In this document: piece by piece, positions 57,901-64,000 of the stretch | Layout of the letters: the number at the start of each line of letters is the position of its first letter | Numbering within the stretch: position 1 is the first letter of the stretch | Assembly: GCA_029856155.1 (NCBI GenBank) | Contig: JAHQWL010000081.1 | Span: forward strand, 7,812 to 71,811 | From: Promethearchaeia archaeon | Lineage (GTDB): Archaea > Asgardarchaeota > Lokiarchaeia > Sigyniarchaeales > SOKP01 | DNA: 64,000 nucleotides | Reading direction: 5' to 3' | Program-made: the position numbers and the translations under genes | The notes under the pieces: model-generated | What the model was told of the DNA's origin: nothing | The model's database searches: none | The model's input: only the letters and a program-made list of their open reading frames with translations

Positions 57901-59834
57901 GTGCTCTCTGTTATAGTATTTCTTGAAACCGTATTATTATAAGAGTCTGAGTATAACATAATTCCATAAGTGTTGTCTCTAACTAAATTTTCTAGAACTG
58001 TATGATTATTACCAAAAGATAAAAAAATCCCATACATCGAATTAGATTGTAACAAATTTCCTAAAATGGTACTATTTTGACACCAGGCCACAATAATTCC
58101 TCCTAAATTATTGTTATTTAAATTGTTACCTGAAATGGTGCTATCATCACTCCAACTTTGAATCCCACGTTCATCATTATAACTTATGTTATTTCCTAAG
58201 ATTTTACTATTATCACTGTGAAAAATATGTATACCATCGTGAACATTATGGTTTACGATGTTTCCTATAATAGTACTATTATCACCTTCCCAAATGTATA
58301 TTCCATTTCCATTATTATTTGAACAATTATTACCTATTAATGTACCGTTATTTGAATGGTCTAACTTAATTCCTGCATGATTTAAACCTGTGGCGGAATT
58401 AAAAACTGTACAATTTTCAATCTTAAAAAAAACATCAGAATTCTCAATTGTGATACAACTGCTTAAATTTAATCCATCTATAATTAAATTTTTTATAGTA
58501 TAAGGATCATTAAGAGTTCCCGAACCAGAACACCATGTTCGAGTTTTAGCCCAATTCCAGTTATTAGATGCACTATCATCAATGGCAATCTTACTTCCAT
58601 TATGTCCATCATCCCATAAAGGGAAATGATCTTGACCTCCTGCAATACCTGAAATATTATAAGGTGAATCTCCAATACCATCATCATTTTGATCTATTCC
58701 TGTATAATCATCCCAGAAATTTCCCATATTTGTTTTATTCCACTTATTATTTGTACCAGTACCTCCATCAAAAGCGTTAATTCCATTTTTAATAAAAGAA
58801 TTATTATAAAAAAGATTATGATTACTATCTGTGAATGCGTCTTCAATATAGATACCACTATTATTATTTTCATGAATCTCATTATTAGTGAAATTATTAT
58901 AATCACATTGATCGCTTAACCATATTCCAATGTCATTTTTACTCAAATTATTTCGCGAAAGCACGCTATTATCAACATACATGAAATATATTCCTTCACT
59001 AGTACTATTATATATTATATTATCAGAGACTGTGTTAAAATTACTATGCTGTGAGAAAATACCCTGATCATTATAATATAATGTATTTCGGACAATAATA
59101 TTACTATCACCGGAGAAGTAAATCCCACTATGACCATTATTATATATTTTATTGTCTGTAACATTATTATGGTTACCACCCGATAAATAAACTCCAATCC
59201 AACCATTATCAATAGTATTTTCAGAGATTATATTTTGGGTACTTATAACCTCAATAATTGCATTATGGCTATTATCAATAGTATTTATTGAGATGTTATT
59301 TTGATGACTGTATCTTAGAGCTATTCCTGAATCTCCATTATCTTTTAAAGTGTTTCCTGTGATTGTGATATTATTACAGGTTTCAATCCACATTCCAGAA
59401 CGTCCGTTATTAGAACAATTATTGTTTTCTATTGTTCCATTGTTGACATTTTCTAAAAAGATTCCCCCATATAGATTATCATCCTTTGAATTAAAGAGAG
59501 TACAGTTACGAATGATAAAATATACATTAGAATTCCGAACTGTAAGACACCTAGCAGTCGTTTGTCCATCAATCGTTACATTTTCAATAATATATGGATC
59601 ACTCCATGTACCTGAACCTGAGCACCAAGGTTGACCTACTGCCCAAGTCCAATTATTACTAGGATTTAAATCATTAATAAGAATTGGAGTACCGGTGAGA
59701 TCCCAATATCCTGCATTTTTTAAGCTAGTTTCATAATTATTGTTAGGTTGATCAAAAGTATCTAAAATGAAATTAGTTAAAGTTATAAATGTAATGATTC
59801 CCATTAAAGACATTATTTTTAAGTTCTTTTTCAT
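54795..59834 (-). CDS. Giant surface protein: signal/anchor, five tandem right-handed beta-helix (PbH1/NosD-like) modules, one TM helix, cytoplasmic coiled coil and the start of a TIR-like domain
   Basis: 1679-aa ORF with an N-terminal hydrophobic segment. Five modules each open with W(C/I)(S/T/Y)GSG(T/S)..DP(Y/F)(I/T)I..(L/V)(I/T)IDG (aa 70, 434, 738, 1020, 1301). Each module continues with many ~22-aa N/G/I-rich PbH1-type turns (..NN.GIYL..S.NN.I.GN..). The TM helix is FPFDILIIVLIIGLVVVGVTGAAIII (nt 55281-55355). The last residues, YNLFISYSTADRDHFQIEK, start a TIR-like domain. Confidence 0.8.
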   Translation of the reverse strand: MKKNLKIMSLMGIITFITLTNFILDTFDQPNNNYETSLKNAGYWDLTGTPILINDLNPSNNWTWAVGQPWCSGSGTWSDPYIIENVTIDGQTTARCLTVRNSNVYFIIRNCTLFNSKDDNLYGGIFLENVNNGTIENNNCSNNGRSGMWIETCNNITITGNTLKDNGDSGIALRYSHQNNISINTIDNSHNAIIEVISTQNIISENTIDNGWIGVYLSGGNHNNVTDNKIYNNGHSGIYFSGDSNIIVRNTLYYNDQGIFSQHSNFNTVSDNIIYNSTSEGIYFMYVDNSVLSRNNLSKNDIGIWLSDQCDYNNFTNNEIHENNNSGIYIEDAFTDSNHNLFYNNSFIKNGINAFDGGTGTNNKWNKTNMGNFWDDYTGIDQNDDGIGDSPYNISGIAGGQDHFPLWDDGHNGSKIAIDDSASNNWNWAKTRTWCSGSGTLNDPYTIKNLIIDGLNLSSCITIENSDVFFKIENCTVFNSATGLNHAGIKLDHSNNGTLIGNNCSNNNGNGIYIWEGDNSTIIGNIVNHNVHDGIHIFHSDNSKILGNNISYNDERGIQSWSDDSTISGNNLNNNNLGGIIVAWCQNSTILGNLLQSNSMYGIFLSFGNNHTVLENLVRDNTYGIMLYSDSYNNTVSRNTITESTLSALYLYNCEDNFIIANLIKENYDFGLTIHDSNNSFICGNILNDNVNGWYNEINSFNNTFHWNVINNESSPFTIDNSGGGDFKWDQASNKLAWCSGSGTFKDPYTIKNLIIDGLNLSSCITIKNSDEYFIIVGCITFNSSSGLDNAGIVLINVINGQLISNNFSNNNGNGMRLSDSQNITISGNTAGNNDEYGIFLATSHNNSLSGNVCNENYYSGIYLGLSTANNISDNSAFNNIGQRGIYLESSSNHNWILNNNFSYNDEGIFIAHSHNNTVIGNTVDHNDYGMWLWESNNNTIIGNTLSNNDLFGLRLYRSNNTDVISNSFIGNLFQHISEFESVNNNFILNYFDGMLSPFVIDNNGGGDLIWVEAAYLFIWCTGSGSYSDPFIIQNLIIDGQNSSSCIEIRDSTVFFKIVGCTLSNSGSGVYNAGIKLTNVINGQLITNNCSNNNGVGIGLYQSQNVTIDGNIVNNNEESGIFLEVSHNNILSGNILNENSDGMYLGLSNNNTISENSAFNNDQKGIYLSSSSNNNTIMNNNVTFNGDNGIDIYDGQDIKVVGNIVDNNGWNGIFVWNCNNAIVASNIANYNTFAGLYLWSSNNTKVIGNVFIGNLYSIYESGGVNNIFNWNVENGFTDPIIIDDSGTGDFTWVECISQLAWIYGSGTLNDPYIIGLITIDGLNSTSCLTIRNSNVDFRIENCTFYNSGDDLYDGGIKLDSTINGELIYNNCSFNNANGIILDSCQNILITENSINNNERSGIVLIDCSNIDILNNKETINFNELYGIHLSNSHYNNITNNIINNNGIGIFLDQSNYNSIDWNTLLNNGQAIVDTGVGNNIGLNNILPRLPSGFPFDILIIVLIIGLVVVGVTGAAIIIKKRISIPTKKEKEISEKKKEKVRAKLEEKLDFVDYLIRERKIKLAYKNLGKIQDTADMYDFYYIFNRANEKVEDCKELEVEISKPVIKEEVAPPVKEREIKKAVIPPPIIKKEEEKKYNLFISYSTADRDHFQIEKIVKSSKSILTSTKSRIGKKIANQTS
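57538..57596. repeat. Exact 59-nt intragenic direct repeat, copy 1 (module 3 of the giant gene)
   Basis: gtgatacaactgcttaaatttaatccatctataattaaattttttatagtataaggatc is identical to 58450-58508, 912 nt (304 codons) away. Confidence 0.9.
58450..58508. repeat. Exact 59-nt intragenic direct repeat, copy 2 (module 2 of the giant gene)
   Basis: Identical string to 57538-57596. It encodes DPYTIKNLIIDGLNLSSCIT in both modules. Confidence 0.9.
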
Positions 59835-59983
59835 AATTATTCAACTCTATAGATCATAATACCCTCTATTTTAATTCATAATTATGTTTTCTTAATATTT
59901 AAATCAATTTCTAATTGATATTTTAAAATCTTAAATCCTTAATAAGAATGTATTTTAAACATTGAATGAAATTTTGATCTAAA

Positions 59984-60661
59984 ATGAAATATAATACTAT
60001 TTATTCACAATATTGCATTATTTTTGATATGGATGGTGTCCTTGCTGACACAGGTCCTATTCATTTTGAGAGTTGGGTAAATTTAGGACGAGAGATTGGA
60101 GTAGAGTTTACAAGAGAGTTTTTTGAACAAACTTTCGGTCAGCAATCACCTGCAATCACACAAAAATTAGTAGGTCCAGAAGCAGATGAAGAACTTATAG
60201 AAGAATGGTCTGATTTTAAAGAAAAAAATTATCGAGAAATTGTAAGGGACAAATTAGTGCCTTTACCCGGAGTTTTGGAAATTTTAGCTGATCTAAAATC
60301 AAAAGGTTTTAAACTAGCCATAGGGTCTAGCGGTCCATCTGAAAATGTAGATTTATTATTGACTAGTTTAAAAATAAAGTATTATTTTGATGTTATTATT
60401 ACCGCAGCAGAGGTTAAAAAAGGAAAACCCGAACCAGATGTTTTCCTAATTATTGCTAAGACTTTAAATATTGACCCAAAAAATTGTATAGTTATTGAAG
60501 ATGCGCCAGTGGGAATAGAAGCAGCGAAGAGAGCAAGAATGACATCGATTGCCGTTACAACTACACATAATAAGGTAGAACTTCTTGATGCAGATTTAAT
60601 TATAAAGGATTTAACAGAGATCAGTATTGAAGATATACTGAGATTATATAAGTTAAAGTAA
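59984..60661 (+). CDS. HAD hydrolase, beta-phosphoglucomutase-like
   Basis: IIFDMDGVLADT, GSSGP, and KGKPEPDVFL..IEDAPVGIEAAKRA. Confidence 0.8.
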   Translation: MKYNTIYSQYCIIFDMDGVLADTGPIHFESWVNLGREIGVEFTREFFEQTFGQQSPAITQKLVGPEADEELIEEWSDFKEKNYREIVRDKLVPLPGVLEILADLKSKGFKLAIGSSGPSENVDLLLTSLKIKYYFDVIITAAEVKKGKPEPDVFLIIAKTLNIDPKNCIVIEDAPVGIEAAKRARMTSIAVTTTHNKVELLDADLIIKDLTEISIEDILRLYKLK

Positions 60662-60763
60662 AAATAACCAAGAAAATGAAATTTTTTATTTTTTACTGTA
60701 ATAGATTCTATCAATTAAATTAAATTAAATTTTTACAATATTTTAAAAAGAAGTGATAGATTT

Positions 60764-61729
60764 ATGATAAAAACGAAAGTTACAGAAATGTTGGGGATAA
60801 AATACCCAATTTTCTGTGGAAATATGATGAATATAAGTTATCCCGCTTTTGCCGCTGCATGTTCAAATGCAGGGGCCCTTGGAATTCTCGCTTCAGTTAT
60901 GTACAGAACATCTGAACCACTACGTGAAGCTCTTCATGAATTACAAACTTTAACGGATAAACCATATGCAGTAAATGTAAATTTATTTCCTATGCTCAAA
61001 CCGGTAAAACAAATCGATTTAGTTAAAGCAATGATTGATGAAGGTGTTAAAATTATTGAAACATCAGGACATCAAGCTCCAGAAAAATACATCCCTTTAT
61101 TTAAAAAAAATGATATTATTTGGATCCATAAATGTGCGGGTTTGAGATACGCAAAAAAAGCAGCTTTATTAGGAGCAGATATAGTAGAAGTTGTCGGTTG
61201 GGAAAATGGGGGCGCTACCGGGCGATATGATATTGGTACGCTAGTACTAACACCTGCTACGGTTGATGCATTAGATATTCCTGTTGTTGCGGGAGGGGGG
61301 ATTTCAGACGGAAGAGGTGTGGCTGCTGTTTTAGCATTAGGAGCCAAGGCAGCGTTAATTGGTACCCGTCTTTTAACTACTCAAGAATGTCCTATTCATG
61401 ATAATTTAAAGAAAGCTCTAGTTAATATTAGTATCTATGATACAACTATCATTATGCGATCACTTAATGCTACTCATCGAGTTTGGAATAATGATGCCGC
61501 TAAACTAGTCCTTGAGCTAGAAAACTCAAAAAGTGACCAAATGGAGATATTTAATGCTGCTGCCGGTGCAAAATCAAAGCTTATGTATGAAGAAGGTGAT
61601 TTAACTGCTGGTATAATCTCTGTAGGGCAGGGTATTGGACTAATTCACGATATACCTACAGTTAAAGAATTAATTGATCGAATTATGAAGGAGGCTAATG
61701 ATATCATTCAAAATCTTTACAATTCATAA
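60764..61729 (+). CDS. Nitronate monooxygenase / FabK-like FMN TIM-barrel oxidoreductase
   Basis: LGIKYPIFCGNMMNISYPAFAAACSNAGALGIL and PVVAGGGISDGRGVAAVLALGAKAALIGTRLL. Confidence 0.8.
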   Translation: MIKTKVTEMLGIKYPIFCGNMMNISYPAFAAACSNAGALGILASVMYRTSEPLREALHELQTLTDKPYAVNVNLFPMLKPVKQIDLVKAMIDEGVKIIETSGHQAPEKYIPLFKKNDIIWIHKCAGLRYAKKAALLGADIVEVVGWENGGATGRYDIGTLVLTPATVDALDIPVVAGGGISDGRGVAAVLALGAKAALIGTRLLTTQECPIHDNLKKALVNISIYDTTIIMRSLNATHRVWNNDAAKLVLELENSKSDQMEIFNAAAGAKSKLMYEEGDLTAGIISVGQGIGLIHDIPTVKELIDRIMKEANDIIQNLYNS

Positions 61730-61750
61730 AATACCAATTTTAAAGAAAAC

Positions 61751-63031
61751 ATGATGAGCTCAACAGAAGAGGCAATGGATAAATGGTTCGGTAATTTTCC
61801 ATCTAAGCCATTTGCAGATGATTCTTGTTATCTTATCGGAGCTTGGGCCAATGTTAGTGTGATAAAAACTAATCAGGGTTTAGTTGTTTTTGATCTGTCC
61901 AATAGGATATATCATCGTCGCATATTCAATAAAATTCGAAAGTTTTCAGATAAGCAAATAAGATATATCATATATTCTCATGGGCATTTTGATCATTGCT
62001 TTGGATATGCTTCGATTGTTAAAGAAATCAAGAATAAAGGTTGGGAGATGCCTCAAGTTATTGCACATGAAAATATTTTAAATAGATTTGAGAAATATAG
62101 AGAATTAGACAGTTATCATAGTTGGATCAATAGTCAGCAATTTTCTTCACTAGGGAATATACCAAAAGAGGGGGTTTCTGCTCATGATACACTCAACCCA
62201 ACAATAATAATTCATGGAAATAACAAATATGACTTTAAATTAGGAAATTATTCTTTTGAGCTTTATCATGATAAAGGGGAAACAGATGATAGCTTATGGA
62301 TGTTTTTTCCTGAAAAAGAAGTTCTATTTTCTGGGGAGTTAGTATCGAATCCTACATTTCCTAATGTAGGAAATCCATTTAAAGTACAACGTTTCCCTAA
62401 ACAATGGGCTATAGCTATGGAAAAAATGTTAGAAAAAGATGCCAAATATTTGGCACCTGGTCATGGACCACTTATTGAAGGTAAAAAAAGTGTTCAAGAG
62501 GCTTTATCAATTAGAGCAGAAGTACTGCATTTTGTGTATGATGAAGTCGTAAAAAGATTAAATGAGGGAAAATGGTTCGAGCAAATTTATTATGAGATGC
62601 TTGATATTTATCCTGAAAAATTCAAAAAACACAAATACCTAACTCCCGCATATGGTTGTTATCGATTTGCAATACATGCTGTTTATAGACTTTTTCATGG
62701 CTGGTATACTACAGGAAATCCAACTGATCTTTTTCCCGCTAAATCTAATGAAATTGCAGAAGAGTTTTTAGCAATTAATAATGAGGAAAAATATCTTTCT
62801 CACGCAAAGAAATTATATAGTCAAGGAAAACTCCAATTAACTTTACATATTCTCGATGTAATAATTAAAGGTTCAAGTTCAATAAATAAAAGCGTACTTT
62901 TGGAAGCTTGTTCTTTAAAATCAATGATCTTAATGCAAAAAGAAGAACAAGAATCTTCATTCATAGCAAAAAATATACTAAGAAATGCTATTAATGAATT
63001 AGAAACCAAAATTACAGAATTGAAAAACTAA
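61751..63031 (+). CDS. Metallo-beta-lactamase fold protein, alkyl/aryl-sulfatase-like (MBL plus dimerisation domain, no SCP2-like C-terminal domain)
   Basis: YSHGHFDHCFG is the HxHxDH motif. AVYRLFHGWYTTGNPTDLFPAKSNEIAEEFL..LQLTLHILDVII..AKNILRNAINEL follows the alkyl-sulfatase dimerisation-domain pattern (GWfdGnp..L.p...). The ORF ends before any SCP2-type domain. Confidence 0.65.
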   Translation: MMSSTEEAMDKWFGNFPSKPFADDSCYLIGAWANVSVIKTNQGLVVFDLSNRIYHRRIFNKIRKFSDKQIRYIIYSHGHFDHCFGYASIVKEIKNKGWEMPQVIAHENILNRFEKYRELDSYHSWINSQQFSSLGNIPKEGVSAHDTLNPTIIIHGNNKYDFKLGNYSFELYHDKGETDDSLWMFFPEKEVLFSGELVSNPTFPNVGNPFKVQRFPKQWAIAMEKMLEKDAKYLAPGHGPLIEGKKSVQEALSIRAEVLHFVYDEVVKRLNEGKWFEQIYYEMLDIYPEKFKKHKYLTPAYGCYRFAIHAVYRLFHGWYTTGNPTDLFPAKSNEIAEEFLAINNEEKYLSHAKKLYSQGKLQLTLHILDVIIKGSSSINKSVLLEACSLKSMILMQKEEQESSFIAKNILRNAINELETKITELKN

Positions 63032-63057
63032 AACAATTAATTTGATGAAAAAATTCA

Positions 63058-64000
63058 ATGAAAGATGAAGAAATAAGAGAAATTCTTTGGTTAAGTGGTT
63101 TGAAGAACGCAGTTAAATTTGATGGTAAGCCAAATAAAAAAGCTATAATGGGAAAGCTTATGGCTTCAAAACCAGATTTGCGCTCACAAGCTAAATCAAT
63201 CATTCCTATATTGGATTGTATCATTTCTGAAATCTTAAAACTTAGTTTTAAGAAACAAAAAGAAAAATTATTAGAATTAGATCCTCATGCATTAGATAAA
63301 AAAGAAAAAACAGAAGAAGAAAAAGAATTACCAGAGTTACCGAACCTTTCTGAATTTGATAAAGTAATAATGCGTTTAGCTCCTTATCCGAGTGGAGCGT
63401 TACATATTGGGAACGCAAGAATGATCGTACTAAATGATGAATATGTCAAAAGATATAATGGTGATCTTATTCTATTTTACGATGATACGATCGGAAGTCC
63501 AAAATCTTTACGAGATAGCCCTAAAGCTAAATACGTATTACCAGAAGCTTATGATTTAATTAAGGAAGGATTGGAGTGGTTAGGTGTAAAGTATAACAAA
63601 ATTTATTACAAAAGTGATCGATTAGAGATTTTTTATGAATACTGTGAAAAACTCATCAAAGATAATATTGCTTACGTTTGTTTTTGCTCCGCCGATGAAT
63701 TTAGGGAAAAATATAAGAAAAGTAAAAAAGATTGCCCACATAGGAATCAATCGATAGAAAAGAATTTAGAATTATGGAAGGCTATGCTTAATAAGGAATA
63801 TCACGAAGGTAAAGCTGTAGTAAGACTAAAAACAGGAATGGACCAAAAAGATCCAGCTTTAAGAGACCAAATTATTATGAGGATTTCTGAAGCAGAACAT
63901 CCTAGAGTTGGTAATAAATATACAGTATGGCCAATGTTAGAATATTCTTGGGCTATTGATGATTACCTAATTGGAGCAACTCATATATTGAGAGGTAGTG
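63058..64000 (+). CDS. gltX: Glutamyl-tRNA synthetase, archaeal/eukaryotic type (N-terminal ~314 aa; runs off the right edge)
   Basis: Own translation from ATG 63058: MKDEEIREILWLSGLKNAVKFDGKPNKKAIMGKLM.. (archaeal GluRS N-terminal helix bundle), then VIMRLAPYPSGALHIGNARMIVLN (HIGH motif) ..WPMLEYSWAIDDYLIGATHILRG. Confidence 0.85.
   Translation, partial: MKDEEIREILWLSGLKNAVKFDGKPNKKAIMGKLMASKPDLRSQAKSIIPILDCIISEILKLSFKKQKEKLLELDPHALDKKEKTEEEKELPELPNLSEFDKVIMRLAPYPSGALHIGNARMIVLNDEYVKRYNGDLILFYDDTIGSPKSLRDSPKAKYVLPEAYDLIKEGLEWLGVKYNKIYYKSDRLEIFYEYCEKLIKDNIAYVCFCSADEFREKYKKSKKDCPHRNQSIEKNLELWKAMLNKEYHEGKAVVRLKTGMDQKDPALRDQIIMRISEAEHPRVGNKYTVWPMLEYSWAIDDYLIGATHILRGS

Noticed and set aside
57394-59634. 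Seven short ORFs on both strands inside the giant gene (57394, 58493, 58568, 58689, 58694, 59015, 59350)
   Set aside because: All are embedded in or antisense to the 1679-aa beta-helix ORF. Their translations are low-complexity I/L/H/Y strings generated by the repetitive AAT/ATT-rich codons. I see no independent coding evidence.
55400-59700. Regular ~66-nt and ~900-nt periodicity, which could suggest a CRISPR array or satellite
   Set aside because: The periodicity comes from in-frame protein repeats (PbH1 turns and five modules) inside one long ORF. There are no short identical direct repeats separated by unique spacers and no cas genes.
1-64000. An alternative genetic code (TAA or TGA as sense) to explain the in-frame stops
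   Set aside because: TAA ends nearly every well-conserved gene exactly where homologues end, for example AspRS at ..ADRLTP. TGA also ends several ORFs at sensible positions. The standard code fits the window.

Overview
This is a gene-dense, very AT-rich archaeal chromosome segment with about 65 protein genes on both strands and one tRNA. I found no rRNA, CRISPR array, transposase or integrase. The backbone is housekeeping: thermosome, r-proteins L40e and L38e, Pth2, TruD, AspRS, MetAP2, PRPP synthetase, ThrRS, RibL plus an HTH-fused riboflavin kinase, a CDP-alcohol phosphatidyltransferase, and GluRS at the right edge.

Several genes carry eukaryote-like signatures: a Rab/Ras-like small GTPase, an Rpn11/CSN5-like JAMM protease with the HPGFG motif, and two longin/roadblock-like proteins. 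I infer an Asgard (Lokiarchaeia-like) origin from these, but that needs a database search.

The most unusual locus is 54532-59834 on the minus strand. It encodes a roughly 1760-aa surface protein with five tandem right-handed beta-helix (PbH1/NosD-like) modules, one TM helix, a cytoplasmic coiled coil, and a C-terminal TIR-like domain. The TIR-like domain is split from the rest by a 1-nt frameshift in a T4 run. The overall layout (solenoid ectodomain, TM, TIR) parallels Toll-like receptors.

Other points worth a second look:
- a decayed or recoded CheR_N / coiled-coil / CheD-like gene whose catalytic Cys is replaced by Gly (33940-34889)
- an IscU-like gene with an in-frame TAG (16037-16039)
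- an in-frame TAA joining a 4-TM ORF to a wHTH-membrane ORF that has no canonical start (22547-22549)
- a roughly 1.05-kb diverged tandem duplication carrying 7-TM paralogues, a gene remnant and a conserved hairpin (43699-45813)
- clusters rich in SCP2-like proteins, with ALDH, SDR, amidase and a truncated alkyl-sulfatase-like MBL
- an orphan beta-class DNA methyltransferase

Four apparent frameshifts all sit in A/T homopolymers, so consensus error must be excluded before any biological interpretation. All functional calls come from reading motifs by eye; no searches were run.
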